A DNA stretch of 64,000 bases from a virus. Both the position numbers and the translations under genes were made by a program. Where the stretch lies: IMG/VR virus record IMGVR_UViG_3300044638_007036, positions 1 through 64,000 of that record; one strand, written 5' to 3'. The notes under the pieces are model-generated. The model was given only the letters and a program-made list of their open reading frames with translations, had not been told where the DNA came from and made no database searches. Within the stretch, counting starts at the first letter, position 1. Every line of letters starts with the position of its first letter. Shown here one piece after another: positions 41,633 through 50,976 of this stretch.

Positions 41633-42100
41633 TTAACTCCATACTGGTTCACGAACATCAGTTTCCCAACGTGAAGAAAGGTAAAGCTGGTACGCTATGG
41701 TTACATCTTTCTCATGAGTGAAGTCTACTCCCTTCGTAAGATTGCGAGCATTGTTAGAGAATGGCATACGTTCTCCTGCAGGGATGAGATGTTCATTAGC
41801 TTCAAACACTGGTACTAGTTTAGAACTTGCATGTGTCTTACCTGTGCGTCTAGTATACTCTTCGCATAAAGCTTTGAAGTGAGCGAGAAGCCATCTATAG
41901 TTACCCTGTGTGGTGCGAGTCCATACTGAACTCGGATGATTAAGATGAGCGATTCTATAAACGTCAGATCCTTTATAACCATGGACTCGTAGAGCTGTTG
42001 ATAGTAACTGTGCGGACTCGAGACACATTTTGATACATCGTTTATCGTCAAGAAATTTAGCGGACTGCACTGGACAATCTGAGGTTGCAAAGATATTCAT
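41633..42100 (-). CDS. Pyrimidine-dimer DNA glycosylase (DenV-like) family protein
   Basis: MNIF...LDDKRCIKMCLESAQLLST...HLNHPSSVW...EYTRRTGKTH. Confidence 0.75.
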   Translation of the reverse strand: MNIFATSDCPVQSAKFLDDKRCIKMCLESAQLLSTALRVHGYKGSDVYRIAHLNHPSSVWTRTTQGNYRWLLAHFKALCEEYTRRTGKTHASSKLVPVFEANEHLIPAGERMPFSNNARNLTKGVDFTHEKDVTIAYQLYLSSRWETDVREPVWS

Positions 42101-42126
42101 GGTTGCCTCCTTAATATCTAAGTTTA

Positions 42127-42135
42127 ATATATCAT
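42127..42135 (-). promoter_or_regulatory. Extended -10 promoter (TGaTATATT) upstream of the glycosylase and polymerase
   Basis: Minus strand reads TGATATATT, followed by a GGAGG RBS. Confidence 0.4.
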
Positions 42136-42138
42136 AAA

Positions 42139-42720
42139 TTATCCCGCATTAAAAGAAGCAATTACTACTCCTTTCTCAATTCCCTCTTTTGCTACTCCAA
42201 TTAATTCTACTTTTACGTCTTCTAATTTAAAACACCAAGAACTGTATTCACGTGCTCCTACCCACCATTCTTCTACAGCGTACTGGCAGGGGTTAATTTT
42301 TTTAGCTTCTTCTTCATTTTCTGCCGCAACAATTGCAGAATCATAAGTGTCCCAATCGTTATTTACTATTTGTGATATCTTATATAAATTCATTGTTTTA
42401 TTCCTTTAAAATTTATTTATATTATCACTCTTACAGAATGGACATCCCACTCTTAATTTAACTTTATTTACATCCCACTTAATATACTGATTGTTGCCCG
42501 AAAAATTTCCAGTATTACGATTCGAAAATGTTCTATCACAATCTCCACAGTTTAAATAATCACTTGGCTTTTTATTTGCTAATCTTAAAAGTCTCTGGTT
42601 TCTTTCGTACTCCGTGGCACATGCTTTACATATACCACGTTTCTTTGAATGAAGATACTTTTCTTTTTTCATTTCCTCTGCTGTGAATTGTGTTCTCAAA
42701 CATGATCGACAATTGTACAT
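42139..42720 (-). CDS. Two small ORFs (42139-42393; 42406-42720, Cys-rich Zn-finger)
   Basis: YDSAIVAAENEEEA phage motif in the first; four CxxC pairs in the second. Confidence 0.6.
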
Positions 42721-42734
42721 ACCATCCTTTTGTA

Positions 42735-44693
42735 TTAAAACAAATCAATATCTCCACCACCATCCTTAGCTGCTTTCTTAGCGTCTCGGACTTCCTTGAG
42801 TTCCATTCTTTCGATGTCCTCAAGTTCTCTTATATTACCAGTAAGACCATCCCAATGCAAATCGGCAGAAAATAACCTACCCGATCTGTTCTTGACACAA
42901 TCGATTGAGAAGAACTTATCTGTCTCTGGAGTACGTGAGCTATATCCGGGACGATGAATTGTCAGGATAGCAGTACAAGCCTGAGCAATAGCAGATGAAC
43001 CCTTAGCCGCATTGTAGGATAGTAGCGGCTCATCAATAGTACTAGACATCTTGTTCGGTTGTAAGAATACAAGTACAGCTTTATTCATATTAATCGCAAT
43101 CTCTCGCAGTCCTTGAATAACTTCTGCACTACTCTGAGTTGGGTCCGAGTATTTAGATTGTACTAGCTCAAGATAGTCCACTACAATAAGACGAAAGTTA
43201 ACTCCTAATTTCTTTTCAGTATTAATGATTGTTTGTTTCATCTCTTCAATACTCTGTCCAGTTTTAAATACAAAGCGAACATTCTTATACTCATCTGCTA
43301 CTAACTTAGCTATGCGCTGTTGCTCTGTCTTGTTATTAGTGCGGTAGATATCATATAACTTATCCCTATCCAACTTAGTGTGTCGTTGAATTAATTTTTG
43401 GAACACATCAAACTTCGACATATCGAAACTAAAGAACATAGAAGGTATGCCAAGCTGAGAAGTATTGTTATGAACTGTAACACCTAAAGAAGTTTTACCT
43501 GATCCCGGAGGTCCAATGATTCCATAAAGTCTACCGACTTGTACATGGAGATTATTATCTAAACATGGTATACCAAACTTTAAAGTATTCTTATCAATAT
43601 CTTTAGCATAGCTCACAAATAGCTTGGCTGTTTCTTCGATGTCATGTACATCTGCCTCATCTTCTACTTTAGCAGAAGCAGGTACAAGTGTTGATAATGT
43701 TTGTAGTAAGTCATCATTAGCAATTGAATACACTCCTCCTTTCCAATGGGGAGAATATATTTGTGCGATGATGTTCTTATATATCTCACTCTTTGGAAAC
43801 TTATCATCTCCTGTTCTTTCTCCTTGAAGTTCAGCGGCTGACTTTAAGAAGTGATAGGTCTGAGTTTCATTAAATCCTAAGGACTTAAATGTAGAACCTA
43901 GAATCATAAGAGCATGACTACGTTCCCCAGAATCAAAGAATCCTAGTGAGAGTAAATACTTTTCTGGAGTCAAGAACTTTGGCTTACTACTCCAATCAAC
44001 TTCAGAAATATCATATGCAATTTTTAATTTAGTAACTGTTTCAACTTTCGGGGATTTAATTTTTAACTCCTTAAGTTTGGGAGTAATGGATGCAGGTTTA
44101 AAAATATCTCGTAGTTGACTCGCATCGAATGATTGTCGTGCTTCATTCTTTATTTCCTCAATTGTAGCATCTGCTAGTCCTGTGAAATCCAAAGGAACTT
44201 TAAACAATCCAGTGTCCTGATGTTTACTTAAAGGTAATCGTAGAATTCTATTCGCATTATAGATCTGTCTATCTAGAGTATTTAAACCTTCCCCTACATT
44301 TAAACAGATGTTCTTAACTTCTTGTGGAGTAAATGTTTCAGATTGAAATGTTACCTCAACTTGAAATCCCTTCTTTCCAGAAAAGAATAAAGCAATGTTA
44401 TCAGATGCTAAATTATAAATCTTAGCTAGTCTAGCACAGAGAACGTGAGCATCGTCCTTAGCTTGATTTAGATTATCAGCACTATCAAAATCCCAATAAA
44501 GTTTATTAGTTACTGTATCATTAATCCCTGCAACCGTTCCAGTTGTCTTGAATGTATTATATTGATCTTCGTTATAAAAGAAAGCCGAAGTGTAATAGTC
44601 TTTATTTAAATCTATGTTCTTATATACGTCGCTATTAATCGGAACTAGAATACCTTTGTCTTGAACGCCTTTACAAATTCTAATATAATTCAC
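42735..44693 (-). CDS. Primase-helicase (AEP primase-polymerase fused to DnaB-like SF4 helicase)
   Basis: WDFD, FSGKKGFQV and RILRLP (AEP); GPPGSGKTS, VVDYLEL and KNRSG (SF4). GTG 44693 has a GGAGG RBS. Confidence 0.9.
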   Translation of the reverse strand: MNYIRICKGVQDKGILVPINSDVYKNIDLNKDYYTSAFFYNEDQYNTFKTTGTVAGINDTVTNKLYWDFDSADNLNQAKDDAHVLCARLAKIYNLASDNIALFFSGKKGFQVEVTFQSETFTPQEVKNICLNVGEGLNTLDRQIYNANRILRLPLSKHQDTGLFKVPLDFTGLADATIEEIKNEARQSFDASQLRDIFKPASITPKLKELKIKSPKVETVTKLKIAYDISEVDWSSKPKFLTPEKYLLSLGFFDSGERSHALMILGSTFKSLGFNETQTYHFLKSAAELQGERTGDDKFPKSEIYKNIIAQIYSPHWKGGVYSIANDDLLQTLSTLVPASAKVEDEADVHDIEETAKLFVSYAKDIDKNTLKFGIPCLDNNLHVQVGRLYGIIGPPGSGKTSLGVTVHNNTSQLGIPSMFFSFDMSKFDVFQKLIQRHTKLDRDKLYDIYRTNNKTEQQRIAKLVADEYKNVRFVFKTGQSIEEMKQTIINTEKKLGVNFRLIVVDYLELVQSKYSDPTQSSAEVIQGLREIAINMNKAVLVFLQPNKMSSTIDEPLLSYNAAKGSSAIAQACTAILTIHRPGYSSRTPETDKFFSIDCVKNRSGRLFSADLHWDGLTGNIRELEDIERMELKEVRDAKKAAKDGGGDIDLF

Positions 44694-44743
44694 ACTTCCT
44701 CCATAAAATATGGAGGAGGAATAAACCTCCCCCATAAAGAATA

Positions 44744-45028
44744 CTATTTAATCTTAGCCACAACTCGCTTTACAAAAAACTTAGGAATCTTCTCCATACT
44801 TTTCTTAGCACTCTCTACTTGATCATCCGATAGTTTACCAGAATTAATCATACGTTTATACTTTTCATCTGGTGCTTCTAGTTCAAGAATTGTATTAGGT
44901 TTAATCAGTTCTAGAATTTCTTCCTTAGCTGTAATCTTAATATAATACCTTGTCTTCTCTGATGGATCTTTCTTTGGTGCTTCTAAGAATTCTCCAAAAT
45001 CTCTACGCAATACTTTTTTATCAGCCAT
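44744..45028 (-). CDS. Hypothetical replication-cluster protein
   Basis: Strong AAGGAG RBS; lies between ERF and primase-helicase. Confidence 0.6.
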   Translation of the reverse strand: MADKKVLRRDFGEFLEAPKKDPSEKTRYYIKITAKEEILELIKPNTILELEAPDEKYKRMINSGKLSDDQVESAKKSMEKIPKFFVKRVVAKIK

Positions 45029-45043
45029 AGTTTACTCCTTGTG

Positions 45044-45694
45044 TTATAGATCAATTTCACCAGCTACTTCTTTAGTAGCTGTTTCTACTGATACTGTTGG
45101 CTTTGGTTTATTGAACGATACCGTTTTCTTTACAGACGTAGCATCTCTCATAGGAGTTGCTGAAGGGGTAGTAGCAGATGTGGTAGGTTTAGCTAAGCTC
45201 TTTGCTTGCACCTCTTCTACAATATTCTTTTTAGGAGGAGCCTTGAAACTGTTCTCATGATCTCTCGACTCTTCGTTGTCTGTAGATTCTAGTACAAAGT
45301 TTTTGAGGAATACATACTTCACCGCCATACTCTCAGCTTTACCTACTGCCTTGTCCCCACTATCAAATGCATATGCAAAACTTTTGCATACCTCACGTTC
45401 CTCTGGTTTATCTGCATTAATAAAAGTTACATCGACCCATACATCAGCTCTATATTCAAGAGAAGTATCCCCATACTTATTAGTTTTTTCTCTGGAGGAT
45501 AGTTCTACTTTTTCTACTGATACTTTAGTAACGATACCATTCTCTGCTAGAGGTTTGTGTAATAGCCTCGCAACATCATCATGATTTACAGCAGAATAAG
45601 ACCTACCATTACCCATGCTAATGTTTGCACCTTTGAATACAGTCTCTACTTCTTTCATAATTGAAGTCATTTTTTGATAAAGATTTTTAGACAT
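45044..45694 (-). CDS. ERF-family ssDNA annealing protein
   Basis: DSGDKAVGKAESMAVKYVF ERF signature. Confidence 0.85.
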   Translation of the reverse strand: MSKNLYQKMTSIMKEVETVFKGANISMGNGRSYSAVNHDDVARLLHKPLAENGIVTKVSVEKVELSSREKTNKYGDTSLEYRADVWVDVTFINADKPEEREVCKSFAYAFDSGDKAVGKAESMAVKYVFLKNFVLESTDNEESRDHENSFKAPPKKNIVEEVQAKSLAKPTTSATTPSATPMRDATSVKKTVSFNKPKPTVSVETATKEVAGEIDL

Positions 45695-46232
45695 AACCTT
45701 CCTTTTTCAATAATGTACAAATATAACTAGGTGCTATTTTATAAGCAGCTCCTATTTGTTTATAAGTATACCCTAATTTTTTAAATTCATATAGTTCAAA
45801 AATAATTTCTTTAGTGTACTTTGAACAATTAACATTATGTTTTTTAAAAAGTCCCATATCTTTTGCATGTTGTAAATTTTCTGAACGATCTAACCAATTA
45901 ATATTCTGTAATGAATTGTCATTTTTATTACCATTAATATGATTAGCTTCATAACTATCTCCACAATAATTGAGAAAAGTCTGAGCCACTAATCTAGATA
46001 CATAAAATGTTTTTGTTAAATTATTTTTTCTAATTGATACAACAATATAATTACTTCTATTTTTTCTTTGCTTATAAATATAATCGGTACTAAAATTTTT
46101 AACCCTTCCTAAATTAGATACTAAAACATCTTCTAATTTAGGATGGAACAACCAAACCTCCTTCCCTCTTTTATTTATAAAATCTAAAGTAATATTTCTA
46201 AATGATTCTCTATGACGCAAAGAATACTGCAT
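45687..46232 (-). CDS. NUMOD4/HNH homing endonuclease
   Basis: VSNLGRVK, VSRLVAQTF, NHINGNKNDNSLQNINW...ENLQHA; visibly more AT-rich than its neighbours. Confidence 0.85.
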   Translation of the reverse strand: MQYSLRHRESFRNITLDFINKRGKEVWLFHPKLEDVLVSNLGRVKNFSTDYIYKQRKNRSNYIVVSIRKNNLTKTFYVSRLVAQTFLNYCGDSYEANHINGNKNDNSLQNINWLDRSENLQHAKDMGLFKKHNVNCSKYTKEIIFELYEFKKLGYTYKQIGAAYKIAPSYICTLLKKEGYV

Positions 46233-46630
46233 TAGTTCACTCCTAATTTAGTTCCTAACTGTCTTCTAAATTCCAATAGACTATCTCCGATACCACTTTC
46301 AATAGACGATTCCACAATCCTTACCCCAATAGAACCATCCTCATTAAGAGAAGCATCAACAAAGGCAATTAGGTTTGATCCACTTGAAGTTTTAACCATA
46401 ATCACATTTGGGTTCGTAACGGAAACTTCTTCCTTATTCACATTACCATTCTTCTCAATTGTAACAGTACCTCCAATTAAAGAAACAATGGTGTTTAAAT
46501 CTTCTTGAGTTAATCTCTTTGCATGAGATCCCGCATCGAATCCTGCCGCCTGTACTTTTTTTACAAACTCCCCAACAGGTTCTCCTCTTCGTTTAGCTAA
46601 TTCTCCTAAGGTCATTACATAGATAGACAT
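46232..46630 (-). CDS. Protein with an IF2 N-terminal-like helical domain
   Basis: TLGELAKRRG...EFVKKVQAAG...SHAKRLTQED matches the ELAK..G...E....L...G....SH...L..E pattern of IF2_N. Confidence 0.6.
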   Translation of the reverse strand: MSIYVMTLGELAKRRGEPVGEFVKKVQAAGFDAGSHAKRLTQEDLNTIVSLIGGTVTIEKNGNVNKEEVSVTNPNVIMVKTSSGSNLIAFVDASLNEDGSIGVRIVESSIESGIGDSLLEFRRQLGTKLGVN

Positions 46631-47487
46631 TACTTCTCCTTTGTTTCTTGGTATATATCCTTACTAAAGTAACCATTATGACAATGTGTGTAAAATTCAC
46701 ATCGCCTTCCAAAAGCATAACATGATTTAGTATTCATTTCAAAATCTTTATTTTTAATCTTGTCTAAAGTAGTTACAAACTTATCTAGAACTTGTTCTTT
46801 TTTTTCATTACTAATTTTGTCTAATATTATTTGAGTTTTAAAATTCTTTTTGTTTAGAGTTAAATAACCAAACCATTCTATATCTGAAAATCCACACGCA
46901 TATAAAGCTAACTGATCTTTAACCTGTACAGAATTTTTAGCATAAGGTTCGCTTGTGGTTTTGTTATCTAGTAAAGCATGAACAACATTGCCATTGTCAT
47001 CTTCTATCATAGCAATCAAATCTAGTTTACCGTATATACTATCCTCAGTCTCTTCGCCTTTATCGTCATAACCACTTAAGGTTAACTCCCCTTGTACTGA
47101 AAGCACTTTATGTATTTTAGGAAAGATATTATCTTTGTATGCATCTAATAATTTATGACCTTTCCTAGAAAGGGAAAGGAAGTTCTGCTCTACTAATGGT
47201 AATGATTGCTCTTCATCAGATAATAATTTTAAATCTAAATCAGATTTGTAATACTCTATTCTATCCATGATTTCCGAGTACTTACTCCATTCGCAGTCAA
47301 ATACTTCATGATAGTTTAGATTACCTTCCAACATAGAATTCAATGCTATATCCAAAGCATTACCAAAACATAAAGCAGAACTTTGTAATGAACTTCTGTA
47401 CCTTTCTACATAGTGCAGGTAATATTTATAAGGACACTGTTCATACTTTTCTCTTGCTGAAAAACTTAATCTAGTCATCTCTTGCAA
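46630..47487 (-). CDS. RecB/Cas4-like PD-(D/E)xK exonuclease
   Basis: LSFS...CPYKY, GKLDL, LDNKT, QLALY, C-terminal C...C...C cluster. Confidence 0.85.
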   Translation of the reverse strand: MQEMTRLSFSAREKYEQCPYKYYLHYVERYRSSLQSSALCFGNALDIALNSMLEGNLNYHEVFDCEWSKYSEIMDRIEYYKSDLDLKLLSDEEQSLPLVEQNFLSLSRKGHKLLDAYKDNIFPKIHKVLSVQGELTLSGYDDKGEETEDSIYGKLDLIAMIEDDNGNVVHALLDNKTTSEPYAKNSVQVKDQLALYACGFSDIEWFGYLTLNKKNFKTQIILDKISNEKKEQVLDKFVTTLDKIKNKDFEMNTKSCYAFGRRCEFYTHCHNGYFSKDIYQETKEK

Positions 47488-48968
47488 CTTTTATTGTTAG
47501 AAAGAATAATAGGAATATTGGAACTAAAGGTATCATGAAAACTATATAACTAAATTTTGTAAATGCTGGAATATCACCAGATGGCTCAGGTTCTATAAAA
47601 GTTAGACAGAGAATTGCTATCGAACAAACAAAACATACTCCCATATACTCAAGCATTTCCTAAATCCTTTTTACAAGTAGGACATACCCAAAACTTAATA
47701 CCTCCTGCTTGATTAACATACTTATTCTCATGTCTACAAATTACATTTGGTATATCTTGTTTTATTGTCGTCGTATTTTTTTTAATTGCATTGAAATTTT
47801 TAAACTTTACTTTACCTCTATATACATTTCCACCTATTGAAAAATCATATACATAATGCGATGCATTTATCTCCTCTCCTCCATCAAGTCTTAATTTTAA
47901 TCTTTCGAATGAATCTAATATACCATGCTCATGTAGTAAATAGTATTCGTATAATTCCATGGCTGTAAGATTTACTACAGTACCATCTTCGTAACGAAGT
48001 TCGTAGAATCTATCTATATCATCATAAGTCTCAAACATTTGCTACCTCATTAAGAATGCTGTCGCAGTTATAACTAAAGCTCCTCCACATACTAACATAC
48101 TGTATTCCTTTTCTTCTTTAGTCTTTGCTAACCTTTGTAAGTTAGAACCTTTTAAAGCAATTAAGAATCCTATAATAGATAATATCGCCGCAGTCATATC
48201 GATGCCCCGATTCTTCTAAGATGATCTAGTACTTGGTTTAACTTAACCTCATGCTCCTTTTCTGACAAGGCTGGAGTTAGTCCTGTAATGATGTCAATTA
48301 AAACATCTTCAGTCAATCTAAACTCTTCAGGTACGCTCAAGGTAATATCCACTTCGACGGTGCCTTCTTCTTTGTTTGCAAAGACCGTATAACTTTGTTT
48401 AGCATTTAAATCTTTGTCTATGAAATCAATGCTATCTCGTGTTAAGTAAACGGTTCTTGTAACTTTTCTCATAACTACTCCTAAGATATATACAATAAAT
48501 ACAGAATTAATATATCACCAATTGTCCCAGAAACCAAAGCTACTTTTAAATCTAATTTAAATATGTGGTGTAAGATGAATATCATTTCCAGAATCCTCGT
48601 TTGTAATAAGTGTTAATATTCTATGCGTTGGAAACTTAAGTTCGAGATTAACCCGCTGTGCTTTTATGAGTATTAGAGTGCTTTCTTCAAGTGCTTTAAA
48701 GTACATCATACTCGAATACATTTTAGTCTTAGTTTTAACACACTGAGCTACAAACTTTACGCCAATCATACTAACCTACTATTTTAGATATTACTGCCGC
48801 AACTTCAGCTACGATTGAAGATAGGATATTTATTCCACCTTCTAAAACTTTAGCTACTACAATCAATGCTAACACAGAGCCTCCTAAATAAAAAGAGATT
48901 TGAAATAAAAACATTAATACTTCCATCATAATTACATCCTTGTTGTTAAAGACCAGATTCGTGCCCAC
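47471..48968 (-). CDS. Cluster of small hypothetical ORFs (47471-47656, 47649-48038, 48194-48472, 48557-48769, 48771-48968)
   Basis: Several have TM helices; one has a C-terminal Zn ribbon. Confidence 0.5.
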
Positions 48969-49309
48969 TAATATAGTAGACAGTTTAAGTTAACTACTTC
49001 TGTGACATACCTCATACCATTTTTAGTACACAGTTTTAGATGTTGTGTCATAGGCTCCAGTAATGTCACTCCCTTAGGTAATACTATTGCAATGGTATTA
49101 CAAGTAGTCTGTTGTTTTCTTGAAACAGGATCGACTTGCCATGCTCGATTATGTTTCTTTGCTTTCTTTACTTCGATAAGTAATACCTTGCCATTCTTCA
49201 TAGCTACAATGTCTACTCCATTAGACCTCTCATCTCGTTGTTCATCCAGAATAAATCCTGATTCTTTTAGTTGGCTTCTAACTTGTTTCTCTGCTTTATT
49301 CAGTTTCAT
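48968..49309 (-). CDS. PD-(D/E)xK nuclease, Hjc/Mrr-like
   Basis: AEKQV...GVDIVAMKNGKVLLIEVK. Confidence 0.75.
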   Translation of the reverse strand: MKLNKAEKQVRSQLKESGFILDEQRDERSNGVDIVAMKNGKVLLIEVKKAKKHNRAWQVDPVSRKQQTTCNTIAIVLPKGVTLLEPMTQHLKLCTKNGMRYVTEVVNLNCLLY

Positions 49310-49541
49310 TAGTACTCCTCTTAATTAATCTTATTAGTATATCCTGAGATACTGAGAACTTACAAAGCATTTCTTTTAGACAATGCTCTGTCACATCTTC
49401 CCCCGTTTTGTGAGCCACGAATTTTACATTATACCCTGCATCAATAAGCTCTTTACATTCTTTAAGGTTAACATAACGGGAAGCATCTTGTGAATATAAT
49501 TTTCTATTTTTATAATATGTTACAATAAAATCATTTCTCAT
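49296..49541 (-). CDS. PhaR-type (PHB accumulation regulator) N-terminal DNA-binding domain protein
   Basis: YKNRKLYSQDASRYVNL...G.NV..V.HKTGEDVT matches the PhaR pattern Y.NR(R/K)LYD...S.Y(I/V)TL...KTGED(L/I)T. Confidence 0.8.
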   Translation of the reverse strand: MRNDFIVTYYKNRKLYSQDASRYVNLKECKELIDAGYNVKFVAHKTGEDVTEHCLKEMLCKFSVSQDILIRLIKRSTNETE

Positions 49542-49822
49542 TTGATAATTTCTCCAATTTTTTTCTTGCCCATTTTAATAATAGTTTCCTTGTCCGTTCT
49601 ATAAACCGCATACTCCATATTGTATGGTTGTTTATTAAGCCAGTAAATCATTCCATACATGGTTTCAAATCTAGGGGATGTCTTTCTTCTCCCATGTAAT
49701 ACTAATCTTTTAGGTATCTGATATCTTATCATTGCTACGTATGCGGGCTTCTCAAACTTAATATCAGGAAGGGGAATTGTATTTATAATATCTTTTCCAT
49801 AATCTCTATATTTCTTTTTCAT
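49538..49822 (-). CDS. Hypothetical protein
   Basis: Tiled ORF with AGGAG RBS. Confidence 0.55.
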   Translation of the reverse strand: MKKKYRDYGKDIINTIPLPDIKFEKPAYVAMIRYQIPKRLVLHGRRKTSPRFETMYGMIYWLNKQPYNMEYAVYRTDKETIIKMGKKKIGEIIK

Positions 49823-49991
49823 TAAAACTTCTCCTTGTATTTTTCTATTTTACCTTTTGCTAACAGTGTAGTTCCTTCTTTTATGAAGAAAGAAGTTCCG
49901 ATTTCTTTTGATCTTGCAAATACTAAAGCGTTTGTAAGTGTATCGAAAGAATGTTCAGTAACTATATCCATAAATTGTAAAGTAACTGTAA

Positions 49992-50822
49992 TCATAGTGT
50001 TTCTCCACAGTTAAAACAATAATTCATTCCAAGAACTCCGTCTTGTCCACATGAAGGACAGCTACCATCCCATTCATCTTCCTCTTCGAATTCAACTTCA
50101 GGCAGTTCGTAAGCAGAAGTTACAAGAGGTCTGTTAATAATTCCTTGTGACTCAGCTACTACCTTGAACTTACTTACTCGCATCTTAGTGCCGTTATAAT
50201 CAGTAGGCACAGCAACAACATCAGCAGGGTCAACCTCAACATCAAGTAGCTTATCATCTCCAGATCCAAACGATTGAGCGTAAGACATCGTGGCTACGTG
50301 CAAGCCATGCGAACACACATTGTTTGGATTGTCGTCAACCTTACTACGATCAATAGACACAATGTTACCTACTGAGTTATCCATCTTGCCAGTATGCTTG
50401 TCAAGGAAGTCATTACGAACTGCACGATATGCGATGAAGTTACCTTCGGAAGTAATAGGATGACCATTGTGTTCAAGAAATTTATACAACATCTGTCTAC
50501 TATTAAAGCTCGGGTTAGTCTTTAACTTAGCCCAGAACTTTAGAAGCGGTTGGAAAGGAAGTCCATTGTTGTAGAAGTCTAACACTCTCTGCGAAAGAGA
50601 ATCGGGCAGAGCGTCATCTTCAATGTGAACGACACCGTCCACAACAGTAAAGCCATTGTCAATAAGATTCTTAGTAATAGAAAGTAAAGGAATAATCTCG
50701 TCAAGTTTTCCCTCCTTGATTTTATCTAGCACCTTGTCGTATCTACCATCTGCTCTATTAATTGTAGTCGTCGTGCCTTCGTGGTTAAGAATAAGACTTT
50801 GAGGTAAAATGATATAGTTCAT
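49992..50822 (-). CDS. rIIB: rIIB-like protein
   Basis: NPS...LYKFL...ITSEGNFIAYR, VDDNPNNVCSHGLHV, VDPADVVAVPTDYNGTKMRV. Likely start is ATG 50822. Confidence 0.9.
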   Translation of the reverse strand: MNYIILPQSLILNHEGTTTTINRADGRYDKVLDKIKEGKLDEIIPLLSITKNLIDNGFTVVDGVVHIEDDALPDSLSQRVLDFYNNGLPFQPLLKFWAKLKTNPSFNSRQMLYKFLEHNGHPITSEGNFIAYRAVRNDFLDKHTGKMDNSVGNIVSIDRSKVDDNPNNVCSHGLHVATMSYAQSFGSGDDKLLDVEVDPADVVAVPTDYNGTKMRVSKFKVVAESQGIINRPLVTSAYELPEVEFEEEDEWDGSCPSCGQDGVLGMNYCFNCGETL

Positions 50823-50823
50823 A

Positions 50824-50976
50824 CTAAGCTCCCATATATACGAGTTGATCATATACTTTATTGAGTGTTGTAATCATTTGTTCCACTTCTTGTTGTTGAT
50901 CAAAGCAATCACTGTCTTGTTTGTAACGATATAACTCTTCAATGACACTTCCTAGTTCTAAAAGTAAGTCATTCAT
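50824..50976 (-). CDS. 50-aa ORF between rIIA and rIIB (missing from the track)
   Basis: MNDLLLELGSVIEELYRYKQDSDCFDQQQEVEQMITTLNKVYDQLVYMGA; GGAGG RBS; overlaps the rIIA stop. Confidence 0.6.
   Translation of the reverse strand: MNDLLLELGSVIEELYRYKQDSDCFDQQQEVEQMITTLNKVYDQLVYMGA

Noticed and set aside
46630-47487. Cas4 as evidence of a CRISPR system
   Set aside because: No other cas genes or array are present; near ERF it is a standard phage recombination exonuclease.
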